Shown here: piece after piece, positions 10,265 to 18,803 of the stretch
Layout: each line of letters begins with the position of its first letter
Numbering within the stretch: the first letter of the stretch is position 1
Assembly (NCBI GenBank): GCA_965202835.1
Contig: CBDBCA010000002.1
Location: forward strand, 925,306-989,305
Direction: 5' to 3'
From: Alphaproteobacteria bacterium
GTDB lineage: Bacteria; Pseudomonadota; Alphaproteobacteria; MPNO01
DNA length: 64,000 nt
The notes under the pieces: model-generated
Seen by the model: only the letters and a program-made list of their open reading frames with translations
Database searches by the model: none
Told to the model about the DNA's origin: nothing
Position numbers and translations under genes: made by a program

Positions 10265-11776
10265 TCAGTCGCAGAGATAACCCCACTTGTCGCGCGACTC
10301 CCTGGCGAGCTCCGGCGAAGGCGCGTTCACCGGCGGGAAGTCGTCCTTCCAGTGGAACGGCCGGCAGGCGTCGATGATCGCCCGGCTGTTGGTGAGATTG
10401 CCCTTCTCCTTCTCCCAGGGCGGGATCCGGGGATCGAGATGGGTCGACCACGCGTTGGGAATGATGTCGATCGATTCCGCCGGGTCGGAGCGGGTGAGCA
10501 TCGCCCAGATCAACTCCTCCAGGTTGGAGACGTCGATATCCTCGTCGGTCACGATCACGTATTTGCCGGCATAGGCGCCGACATGGCACTGGCAGGCGAT
10601 GTGGCCGGCCTGGCGGGCGTGGCCGGGGTAGCGCTGCTTGATCGAGACCGCGACCAGCATCCGCGCGGTTCCCACCTCGTGCAGCCAGGCCCCCTCGACA
10701 TCCGGCACGCCGGCCTTCTTGATGTTCTCCTTCAGGAGCGCCGAGCGGGTGACCGCGCGATAGCGCGCGAGCTCGTCCGGCGGCCGCTGGGGCGGGCAGC
10801 CGAGCAGGATCGGGTTGTTCCGGTAGTAGATCGCCTTGATGTCCATCACCGGCTCCTCGCGCATCCTGGAGCCGTAATATCCCGTCCATTCGCCGAACGG
10901 GCCCTCTTCCTTCCGCGCGTCGGGATGGACGAAGCCTTCGAGCACGATCTCGGCGCTGGCCGGGAACGGCAGGCCGGTATGCCGACCCCTGATCATCTTC
11001 ATGGCCTCGCCGCGGAAACCGCCGACGACGTCGAACTCGCAGACCCCGGGGGGCACCTCGCTGCAGCCCATCAGGAAGGTCATCGGGTCGCCGCCGCAGA
11101 CGATCACCGCCGGCATCGGCTCGCCGCGCTGCTGGTACTTGTCGCGGTGAATGCGCCCGTGCTTGCCGGGCGAGATGTAGAAACCGACCGACGTCCTGTC
11201 GTGGATCATCACCCGGTAGGTGCCGATATTGATCCAGCCGGTGTCGGGATCGACGGTGACGTTGTAGCTGCCGGTGCCGATATAGCGCCCGCCGTCCTCG
11301 TCGTGCCACATCGGGGTGGGGAAGACCCCGACGTCGACATCGTCGCCTTCCATGACGTTCTCGGTGACGGGGCCCGAGTCGACGAACTCGTGCGGGATGG
11401 TCCGCAGATCTTCCATGTAGTTTTGGCGGAACGCGTCGGTCAGCTCCATCTTGGAGAGGTCCGACGAGAAGCCGAGCGTCATGGCCATGCGCTTGGAAGC
11501 GAAGAAATTGGTCAGAACCCGCGAGCCTTCGAGCGTTCCCGGCACGTCCTCGAACACGATGCAGGGCGCCGTGTCGTTGTGCAGCACGACCTCGGACGCC
11601 ATGCCGATATCGCGCTCCCAGTTCGCCCCCTGGACATGCCTGACCTCGCCGAGCTTCTCGGCCTCTTCGAGCCATTCGCGCAGATCGGTGTAGGGGATGC
11701 GCAGCTCGTTCTCGAGCCGCGCCGCGGCTCCGCCTTCGACCACCTTGCCGATCGCGTTGCCCATATCGTCGGCCAT
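10265..11776 (-). CDS. UbiD-family (prFMN-dependent) decarboxylase paralog 2
   Basis: Same family motifs (GGRYIGTGSY, EWTGYYG, YYRNNPIL). Roughly 40% identical to paralog 1 by eye. ATG at 11776. Confidence 0.8.
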   Translation of the reverse strand: MADDMGNAIGKVVEGGAAARLENELRIPYTDLREWLEEAEKLGEVRHVQGANWERDIGMASEVVLHNDTAPCIVFEDVPGTLEGSRVLTNFFASKRMAMTLGFSSDLSKMELTDAFRQNYMEDLRTIPHEFVDSGPVTENVMEGDDVDVGVFPTPMWHDEDGGRYIGTGSYNVTVDPDTGWINIGTYRVMIHDRTSVGFYISPGKHGRIHRDKYQQRGEPMPAVIVCGGDPMTFLMGCSEVPPGVCEFDVVGGFRGEAMKMIRGRHTGLPFPASAEIVLEGFVHPDARKEEGPFGEWTGYYGSRMREEPVMDIKAIYYRNNPILLGCPPQRPPDELARYRAVTRSALLKENIKKAGVPDVEGAWLHEVGTARMLVAVSIKQRYPGHARQAGHIACQCHVGAYAGKYVIVTDEDIDVSNLEELIWAMLTRSDPAESIDIIPNAWSTHLDPRIPPWEKEKGNLTNSRAIIDACRPFHWKDDFPPVNAPSPELARESRDKWGYLCD

Positions 11777-11945
11777 GCCGTCTCTCCCGCTCGGTTTTCC
11801 GTCGCTACCCAGAACGTATCCGCATTACGGGGCCGTCACCAATACAATTGCAACATTAGACAGATAAACCCGCGCGATGTGATCGTTCGCCGGCGCGCTT
11901 TCGCGTATACGTCCCATGCGGGGAACCAACGAGCGAGAGACCTCA

Positions 11946-12824
11946 ATGCTGCCGACAGAACGCATCGACTACGATCCGATCGCCGGACGAAAACCCCTCG
12001 TCCTGCCGGGCGGCGCCCGCATGGCGGTCTGGGTGATCGTCAATGTGGAGGAATGGGATCCCAAGGCGCCGATGCCGCGGACCGTGCTCACCCCGCCGGC
12101 GGGCGGCTCGCCCAGCCCGGACATCCCCAACTGGGCGTGGCACGAATACGGCAACCGGGTCGGATTCTGGCGCTTCGTGGAGGCGTTCGACGAACTGTCG
12201 ATCCCCGCAGCGCTCTGCATCAACGGCATTGCGGTGACGGGCTATCCGCAGATCGCGGAAGCGGCGCGCGACCGCGGCTGGGAGTTCATCGGCCACGGCT
12301 TCACCCAGCGCAACATGCAGAAGGTCGATGACGAACGCCTGGATATCCGGCGGACCACCGAGGCGATCGAGGCGTTCACCGGGAAGCGTCCGCGCGGCTG
12401 GCTCGGCCCGGGACTGACCGAGACCTGGGAAACCCCCGACATTCTGGTCGAGGAGGGATACGAATACGTCGCCGACTGGGTTCTGGACGACCAGCCGGTG
12501 ATGCTGAGGACCCGCACGCGCCCGATCGTCAACATCCCCTACACCCAGGAATGCAACGACGTGGCGATGATGCTGATCCAGCACCATCCCGCACGGGAAT
12601 ACCGCGACCGGGCGGTCGATCAGTTCGAGCAGATCTACCGCGATTCGGAGAACTCGGCGCGGGTGATGGCGCTATCGGTCCATCCCTACATCATGGGTGT
12701 GCCGCACCGCTTCCGCTATTTCCGGGAAATCCTGCAGACGATCTCCGGATACAGCGACGTGGTCTTCATGACCGGCGAGCAGATCCTCGACTGGTATCTG
12801 GAGCAGCGGCCGGGTGGCGCCTAG
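11946..12824 (+). CDS. Polysaccharide deacetylase-family protein (PuuE/allantoinase-like CE4 fold)
   Basis: Conserved WAWHEYGNRVGFWR, IGHGF and HPYIMG segments. Start chosen at ATG 11946 rather than the track start 11916; this choice is uncertain. Confidence 0.55.
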   Translation: MLPTERIDYDPIAGRKPLVLPGGARMAVWVIVNVEEWDPKAPMPRTVLTPPAGGSPSPDIPNWAWHEYGNRVGFWRFVEAFDELSIPAALCINGIAVTGYPQIAEAARDRGWEFIGHGFTQRNMQKVDDERLDIRRTTEAIEAFTGKRPRGWLGPGLTETWETPDILVEEGYEYVADWVLDDQPVMLRTRTRPIVNIPYTQECNDVAMMLIQHHPAREYRDRAVDQFEQIYRDSENSARVMALSVHPYIMGVPHRFRYFREILQTISGYSDVVFMTGEQILDWYLEQRPGGA

Positions 12825-13027
12825 AGCCTGTCCGGTTTTGTTCGAACCGCTGCCGCTTCCCCGCTCGTCATGGTCGGCGGAGGCCGACCATCCACGAGTT
12901 TTTCTCCGTGGGCCGGAAACAGGCGGAAAGAACCGAAAAAACAAAACGTGGATGGTCGGCCTCCGCCGACCATGACGGGGAAGGCAAGAGTTGGAGTGTT
13001 TCCAACCAAAACGGACCTGTCCCAGGC
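12825..13027. repeat. MITE/RIME-like palindromic repeat element, copy 1
   Basis: Perfect 30-nt inverted repeats CGTCATGGTCGGCGGAGGCCGACCATCCACG (12867-12896) and its reverse complement (12947-12976) flank an A/T-rich spacer. The element fills the entire convergent intergenic gap. Confidence 0.85.
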
Positions 13028-14140
13028 TCAGGCGGCCTCGGCGCGGGGTGAGCGGATGCCGAGGCGCTCCATCCTGGGCAGGACTTCGGCCCCGAAATAG
13101 GGCAGCTCGTCGAGGAAATTCACCAGCCCGAAGGCCATGCCGTCGAGCCCGGCCCGGCTCAGCTTGTGGAACGTGCCGGCGACACGGTCGGGCGAGCCGA
13201 CGATGGGGAAGGTGCCGATCCCGCTCGCCAGGCGGCGGCGCATCGCGGGCATCATTTCCGGCGGCAGCGAGTGCGACTCCCGCCGGCCCCGCATCAGGTA
13301 GTCGACGCCGGCCCGGTCGGCCATCGTTTCGGCGTAGTAGACATAATAGTCTTCCGCCTCCCGCTGGGTCGGTCGGCAGACGACATGTCCGCTTGCGTAA
13401 ACGCCGACATCGCGCGGCGCGGCCTGGCGGCGCAGCGTCCCGATCACGCCGGACAGCTTGTCGTCATCGACGATCAGCATGAACAGGCAGTCGGCATATT
13501 TCGCGGCGAATGCGCGCCCCGCCTCCGATGAGCCCGCGCTCATCAGGAGCGGAGCCTCCCCGAAGCAGGGCTTCGGGTCTCCGATCACGCCCTTGAGGCT
13601 CATGTATTCGCCGTCATGGTCGAAGGGCGTTTCGGAGGTCCAGATGCGGGTGACGATGTCGACCCATTCGGCGGCGTAGACATATCGCCGGTCGTGCTCC
13701 TCGAGACCGACGCCGAACATGTCGAACTCGACCCTGTTCCAGCCCGACACGATGTTGAGGCCGAAACGTCCGTGGCCGATATGGTCCGCGGTGGCGATCT
13801 GCTTCGCGGCGAAGACCGGGTTTATCAGCGGCACGTGCACGGTCCCGAACACGCAGATCTCGCTGGTATGCGCGAGCAGCCCGCTCGCCCAGGCGATGGT
13901 CTCGAAGGTCTCGTTCTGGGTCGAGACCTCGTCCCCGTCATAACCGTGCCAGCGCGCGATCGGGAGGATGAATTCGAGACCCATCCCCTCGGCGAGGCGG
14001 GCCAGCGCGACGTTGTTGTCCCAGGACGCGTCCCAGCGCTCGGGGACCGTGGTGATGGCGAGACCGTTCGAGCAATTCGGCGCGAACAGGCCGAGCTTGA
14101 ACCGGTTGGCGTTGTACATGCGGGTGTTCTTGCGGCTCAC
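13028..14140 (-). CDS. LLM-class (luciferase-like) flavin-dependent oxidoreductase
   Basis: N-terminal KLGLF motif and a TIM-barrel-like composition. GTG at 14140 has a GGAG Shine-Dalgarno; an alternative ATG lies at 14119. Confidence 0.7.
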   Translation of the reverse strand: MSRKNTRMYNANRFKLGLFAPNCSNGLAITTVPERWDASWDNNVALARLAEGMGLEFILPIARWHGYDGDEVSTQNETFETIAWASGLLAHTSEICVFGTVHVPLINPVFAAKQIATADHIGHGRFGLNIVSGWNRVEFDMFGVGLEEHDRRYVYAAEWVDIVTRIWTSETPFDHDGEYMSLKGVIGDPKPCFGEAPLLMSAGSSEAGRAFAAKYADCLFMLIVDDDKLSGVIGTLRRQAAPRDVGVYASGHVVCRPTQREAEDYYVYYAETMADRAGVDYLMRGRRESHSLPPEMMPAMRRRLASGIGTFPIVGSPDRVAGTFHKLSRAGLDGMAFGLVNFLDELPYFGAEVLPRMERLGIRSPRAEAA

Positions 14141-14217
14141 CGCGATCTCCCGGGCATCGACGCGAAAAGCCTAGTAGAACATGCGGCCAGGCATCAATCG
14201 CGAAAGGAATCCGCACG

Positions 14218-15360
14218 ATGGCAGGCGCAAAGACGTTGGATGAAGCCCTCGACGCCATGGCCGCGCATATCCGCGCGACCGTGGCCGCGGACCTGACGGG
14301 GTATCCGCATTACGGCGACGCCGACACCGGTGCCTGGACCACGACGCCGGACGGGTTCTGGACCGGCGGTTACTGGAACGCGATGCTGTGGCTCGGCGGC
14401 GCCGTCTTCGACGATGCGGCGCTGGTCGCCGAAGCGAGGCGCTGGACCGAACGCCTGCGGCCCAGGATCGGCTCGGAATCGGTCTTTCGCGGGTTCCTGT
14501 TCTATTACGGCGCCGCGCTGGGCGAGATCCTGCACGGCGACGAGCCCTCTTGCGCGCTCGCGCTGGCGGCCGCGGAACGGCTGGGCGGCGATTTCGACCC
14601 GAGACTCGGTCTGATCGCGCTGGGCGCCGAGGCGGAGGAAGCGCACACCGTCGGCGCGAGCGAGGCGAATATCGACGGTCTCGCCGCGGTGCCTCTGCTC
14701 CTGTTCGCGGCCGGCAAGACCGGCGACGACGGCCTGCGCGACCGCGCGCTTCGCCATACGCTCCGTAGCGCGGCGCTCTGCATCCGCGAGGACGGCTCTG
14801 TGGTGCAGTCGGTCAGCCTCGATCCCGAAACCGGCGAGCCGACACGCTCGTACACTCACAAGGGCGTGTCCGACAGCTCGACCTGGACCCGGGCGCAGAC
14901 CTGGGCGATGCAGTTTCTGACCTTTTCCGCACGGCACATGCCGGAAGAGAAGGCGTTGTCGGAGGCCGCGACCCGCGTGACCGACTGGTGGATCGAAAAC
15001 GTGCCGGCCGACCGTGTCGCGTATTGGGACTTCGATGCGCCGATCGACCAGGACACGCGCAAGGACACCTCCGGCACCGCGATCGCGGCGACGGCGATGT
15101 TGAAACTGTCGACGGTTGTCGAAGATCCGGACGGGGCCGCGCGGTACCGCGCCTGCGCCGAAGACACCCTCCGCACGCTCGCCGCCAACCACCTCACCCC
15201 GGTGGCGCCGCGAGACGCCCGACCGCCCGGCATCCTGACCAACGGTTGCTTCGACCAGCGCGAAGGCGTGGCGCTGGCGAACCAGTTGATTTGGGGCAGC
15301 TACTACCTTCTGGAGGGGCTCGCGATGCTGACCGGCCGGCTGGAGATCGGCCGGGTCTAG
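14218..15360 (+). CDS. Six-hairpin glycosidase-like protein (GH88/GH105-like unsaturated glycuronyl hydrolase family)
   Basis: WTGGYWNAMLW motif and overall alpha/alpha-toroid-like composition. The family assignment is tentative. Confidence 0.45.
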   Translation: MAGAKTLDEALDAMAAHIRATVAADLTGYPHYGDADTGAWTTTPDGFWTGGYWNAMLWLGGAVFDDAALVAEARRWTERLRPRIGSESVFRGFLFYYGAALGEILHGDEPSCALALAAAERLGGDFDPRLGLIALGAEAEEAHTVGASEANIDGLAAVPLLLFAAGKTGDDGLRDRALRHTLRSAALCIREDGSVVQSVSLDPETGEPTRSYTHKGVSDSSTWTRAQTWAMQFLTFSARHMPEEKALSEAATRVTDWWIENVPADRVAYWDFDAPIDQDTRKDTSGTAIAATAMLKLSTVVEDPDGAARYRACAEDTLRTLAANHLTPVAPRDARPPGILTNGCFDQREGVALANQLIWGSYYLLEGLAMLTGRLEIGRV

Positions 15361-15395
15361 GGCATTTTTTCCGACCTGCCCGGCTCGCGGCGGTC

Positions 15396-15590
15396 CGTAC
15401 CTATAGCGCGTCCGCTTTAGTTGGAACCGCCTCGTCTATTTTCTTCCGTCATGGTCGGCGGAGGCCGACCATCCACGTTTTGTTTTTGATTCCAGAGACT
15501 TAAAAACTCGTGGATGGTCGGCCTTCGCCGACCATGACGGTTAGGAAGCAAGGGTAACAGCGGTTCAATCTGAAACGGACAGGCCCTAGG
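15396..15590. repeat. MITE/RIME-like palindromic repeat element, copy 2 (core spacer inverted)
   Basis: 30-nt inverted repeats at 15448-15477 and 15509-15538. The spacer TTTTGTTTTTGATTCCAGAGACTTAAAAACT is the reverse complement of the copy-3 spacer, while the flanks keep the same orientation. Confidence 0.85.
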
Positions 15591-15593
15591 CCA

Positions 15594-15698
15594 CCGCCCT
15601 CCCCCGGCCCCTGCCGCAAGCGGGAGGGGAGAAGGTAGAGAGGATCCGCCAAGCGAGTCCCCTCTCCCCCACGGGGAGAGGGTCAGGTGAGGGGGGAC
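15594..15698. repeat. REP-like hairpin cluster (CCCCTCTCCCC-N3-GGGGAGAGGG family), copy A
   Basis: Hairpins CTGCCGCAAGCGGGAGGGG and CCCCTCTCCCCCACGGGGAGAGGGT, plus GGTGAGGGGGG. The same set occurs inverted at 53066-53172. Confidence 0.75.
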
Positions 15699-15812
15699 CT
15701 CTCGGGCAACAGCGGGCCGCAATCGGGCCCGGTCGAAAAATATTCCGGGTTGTGGCGACGGCCGCGCGCCTCTAATGACTACCGGCTTCGCACGGGTGGA
15801 AGGGAACGAAGG

Positions 15813-16799
15813 ATGAAGCTCGCAACGCTCAAGGGCGGCAGGGATGGCCGCCTGGTGGTGGTAAGCGACGATCTCGCGCGCGCGGCGGACGCCTCGGCGG
15901 TGGCGGCCACGATGCAGGCGGCGATCGACGACTGGGCGAACGCCGCGCCGGGGCTGGAATCCCTCGCCGCCACCGTCAACGCGGGCGAAGCCGAGACCTT
16001 CCCGTTCGAGCCGTCCGGCTGCGCGGCCATCCTGCCCCGCGCCTATCAATGGGTCGACGCAAGCGCCTATCTCAGCCATGTCGAGCTGGTCCGCAAGGCG
16101 CGCGGCGCCGAGTTGCCGAAGAACCTCTACGAGGACCCGCTGATGTATCAGGGCGCGTCGGACTCGATGATCGGGCCGAGGGACGACATCGCGCTCGCCG
16201 ACGAGGGCTGGGGAATCGACATGGAGGCCGAGGTCTTCGTCATTCTCGACGACGTGCCGATGGGCGTGACGGCCGACGACGCGCGCGGTCACATCAAGCT
16301 GGTCGGGATCCTCAACGACGTCAGCCTGCGCAACCTGATCCCGGCCGAGCTCGGCAAGGGCTTCGGCTTCCTGCAAGGCAAGCCGACGACGGCATTCTCC
16401 CCGGTGGTGGCGACCCCGGAATCCCTCGGCGGCGCATGGGACGGCACCAAGATGACGCTCGACATGGAGGTCTCGCTCAACGGCGCTCCCCTGGGACACC
16501 CCAACGCCGGCACCGACCTCTATTTCGACGTGCCGACCCTGATCGCCCATGCCGCCAGGAGCCGCCGGCTCGCCGCGGGGACGATCCTCGGCACCGGCAC
16601 GATCTCCAACCACGACCGGAGCGTGGGCTCCGCCTGCCTTGCCGAGGTGCGGGTCATCGAGACCATCGAGCACGGAGAGCCCAAAACGCCCTTCATGCGC
16701 TTCGGCGACCGCGTCCGCATCGAGATGCGCGACGCGGACGGCAATTCGGTGTTCGGCGCGATCGATCAGCGGGTCGTCAGGTACGACGGCCCGGCATGA
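15813..16799 (+). CDS. Fumarylacetoacetate hydrolase (FAH) family protein
   Basis: FAH-fold segments (VFVILDDVP, GTGTISN). ATG at 15813 has a GAAGGA Shine-Dalgarno. The 42 upstream codons of the track ORF were rejected. Confidence 0.75.
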   Translation: MKLATLKGGRDGRLVVVSDDLARAADASAVAATMQAAIDDWANAAPGLESLAATVNAGEAETFPFEPSGCAAILPRAYQWVDASAYLSHVELVRKARGAELPKNLYEDPLMYQGASDSMIGPRDDIALADEGWGIDMEAEVFVILDDVPMGVTADDARGHIKLVGILNDVSLRNLIPAELGKGFGFLQGKPTTAFSPVVATPESLGGAWDGTKMTLDMEVSLNGAPLGHPNAGTDLYFDVPTLIAHAARSRRLAAGTILGTGTISNHDRSVGSACLAEVRVIETIEHGEPKTPFMRFGDRVRIEMRDADGNSVFGAIDQRVVRYDGPA

Positions 16800-16826
16800 G
16801 GGCGGGCCGAAATGCCGCCCTTCGAT
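16800..16826 (+). terminator. Weak hairpin after the FAH gene; a second hairpin GGGTGAGGG...CCCTCATCC lies at 16848-16880
   Basis: GGGCGG / CCGCCC stem with a 9-nt loop directly after the TGA. A second A/T-loop hairpin sits between the convergent genes. No strong T-tract follows either hairpin. Confidence 0.3.
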
Positions 16827-16925
16827 ACGCCGCTTCGCGGCTACTCAGGGTGAGGGATCCTTTTAATTGAACCCTCATCCCGAGCAGGCGCTCCAGCGCC
16901 GTATCGAGGGACGCTCTCCGATCCT

Positions 16926-17879
16926 TCACGCATTCGCGCCAAGCGCCGCGCGCATCTCCTCGACATAGGCCGCGAAGCCGGCTTCCAGCGTGTATTCGGG
17001 TTCCCAGCCGAGCACGTCGCGCGCATGGCCGATATCCATGCGGTCGGTGCGCGAAACGGGCGGCGTTCCGGGAACGACCTCGATCTCCAGGTTGGGGAGC
17101 GACGCCCTGACGGCGGCAACCAGCTCGTCGAACGTGGTGACCGCGCCGATGCCGATATTGAACACGTTGTAGCGCGGAAGATCGCGGGTCGCGCAGAGAT
17201 CGAGCGCGCGGCCGATGTCCTTGGAATAGATGTATTCGAACGACATGGTCTGCTCTTCCGGGATTTTCGCCGGGACGCCGCGTATCCCGCTCTCGACCAG
17301 CGTATGGCACTTCTCGCCGCCGCCCGATCCGCCCCAGAAATGGCCCATCCCGAAGACGTTGGCGGGCCGCACGATGGCGACCTCGAAGCCGTACCGGTTG
17401 GAATAGGCCTCCAGGATCAGCTCCTGCGCCGCCTTGGTGTTGCTGTAGGCGGTGCCGCTGCCGAGGGGGAAATCCTCCTTCATCACGCCGTCTGGCGCGG
17501 TCCGGCGCCAGTCATAGGAGCCGAAGGTGGAGATGCTGAGTATCCGCTTGACGCCGGCGAGCCGTACCGCCTCGCAGACGGCGATGGTGGCGTTGATGTT
17601 GAGGTCCATGCCGAGATGGAGCGGGTCCTCGGCGCGTTTGCCGATCAGCCCGGTGGTGTGCAGCACGGTGTCGGCGCCGTGCTCCTCGATCGCGGCCAGA
17701 ACCCCGGGCAGATGGCGCGCGTCCTCGGGTATCAGCGTGTAGTTGCCCGCGCCGAGGCGGCTGTCCAGATAGTCTTCGCGCGGGATGGGGTCGAGAAACA
17801 CCACCTTTTCGCCGCGGGCGAGCGCGCGGATCGCAAAGCTGGTGCCGACCAGCCCGGCACCGGTAATCAGCGTGGTCAT
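16926..17879 (-). CDS. NAD-dependent epimerase/dehydratase (extended SDR) family protein
   Basis: Rossmann motif MTTLITGAGLVG. YxxxK in YSNTKAAQE. Start trimmed to ATG at 17879. Confidence 0.8.
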   Translation of the reverse strand: MTTLITGAGLVGTSFAIRALARGEKVVFLDPIPREDYLDSRLGAGNYTLIPEDARHLPGVLAAIEEHGADTVLHTTGLIGKRAEDPLHLGMDLNINATIAVCEAVRLAGVKRILSISTFGSYDWRRTAPDGVMKEDFPLGSGTAYSNTKAAQELILEAYSNRYGFEVAIVRPANVFGMGHFWGGSGGGEKCHTLVESGIRGVPAKIPEEQTMSFEYIYSKDIGRALDLCATRDLPRYNVFNIGIGAVTTFDELVAAVRASLPNLEIEVVPGTPPVSRTDRMDIGHARDVLGWEPEYTLEAGFAAYVEEMRAALGANA

Positions 17880-17977
17880 GGAACATCCCTTCGAGTTCGC
17901 GGAGCGGACGCGCCAGTGTGCGCCAACCGCCACCGCCGCGCCAACCGTCCGGTTCGTCCTCCCGGGATAATCGCCTG

Positions 17978-18160
17978 GAGCCTGTCTGCTTCAGTTGGAA
18001 GCGACTCATCCATTTTCTTCCGTCATGGTCGGCGAAGGCCGACCATCCACGAGTTTTTAAGTCTCTGGAATCAAAACAAAACGTGGATGGTCGGCCTTCG
18101 CCGACCATGACGGTCAGGCAGCAAGGGCAGCAGCGCTACTATCTGAAACGGACAGGCTCT
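17978..18160. repeat. MITE/RIME-like palindromic repeat element, copy 3
   Basis: Inverted repeats at 18022-18051 and 18082-18111. Outer near-terminal inverted repeats are GAGCCTGTCTGCTTCAG and CTGAAACGGACAGGCTC. Confidence 0.85.
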
Positions 18161-18192
18161 AGGATCGCCGCGTCCCGAGCGGAGGAGCCCCG

Positions 18193-18648
18193 ATGTCCGA
18201 GTCCGAAGGAATCTATTCCGTCAGCCGACACATCCGCTTCGGGGACTCGGACCCGGCGGGCATCGTCTTCTATGTCGCCTTCTTCCGCATGTTCAACGAC
18301 CTGTTCGAGAGCTGGGTCGGCGACCGGCTGGGTATCGATTTCGCGCGGGAGTTCTTCGACGAGGGGCGGATGTTTCCGCTGGTCCATTGCGACGTGGATT
18401 TCAGGAAGCCCCGGCGAATGGGCGACAATCTCGACCTCGCTCTGATCCTTACCGGGCTCGGCCGGTCGTCGATCCGCTACACCATCGTCGGCTCCGACCG
18501 GGGCGAAGAGATCCTGAGCGGCGAGTTCGTCACCTGCGTCGCGTCGAAGGAGATGGGCCGCTCAATCCCGATCCCCGACTACATACGCGAGCCGATGGCG
18601 GACTACCTCGCACTCTGCCGGGGGCCGGGCACGCCCGGCGCCGGATAA
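18193..18648 (+). CDS. Acyl-CoA thioesterase, hotdog fold (4HBT/YbgC-like)
   Basis: HIRFGDSDPAGIVFY motif. GGAGGA Shine-Dalgarno 7 nt upstream of the ATG. Confidence 0.75.
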   Translation: MSESEGIYSVSRHIRFGDSDPAGIVFYVAFFRMFNDLFESWVGDRLGIDFAREFFDEGRMFPLVHCDVDFRKPRRMGDNLDLALILTGLGRSSIRYTIVGSDRGEEILSGEFVTCVASKEMGRSIPIPDYIREPMADYLALCRGPGTPGAG

Positions 18649-18803
18649 CCGCGGCCGGTCTCTCGAAGCGGGCCGCCCCGTTGTGATAGAAACCTCGCAC
18701 GGCAGCTTCGGCGAGGGCTCGCGCCGGCCGTCCACTGACCCGGCGGCCGGACCGCGATAGCCCCCGACAAGCGTCGAATACATGGCTTCAAGCGGAGATT
18801 GAC

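Noticed and set aside
8609-12331. The 1240-aa ORF antisense to both UbiD genes
   Set aside because: It is a typical GC-rich antisense open frame with an Arg/Gly/Asp/His-rich translation and no motifs. The opposite strand carries two well-supported UbiD genes.
12825-13027. Possible CRISPR array suggested by the perfectly repeated 30-mers
   Set aside because: The repeats occur only twice per locus, in inverted orientation, with the loci tens of kb apart. There is no regular repeat-spacer array and no cas genes, so these are MITE-like elements rather than CRISPR.
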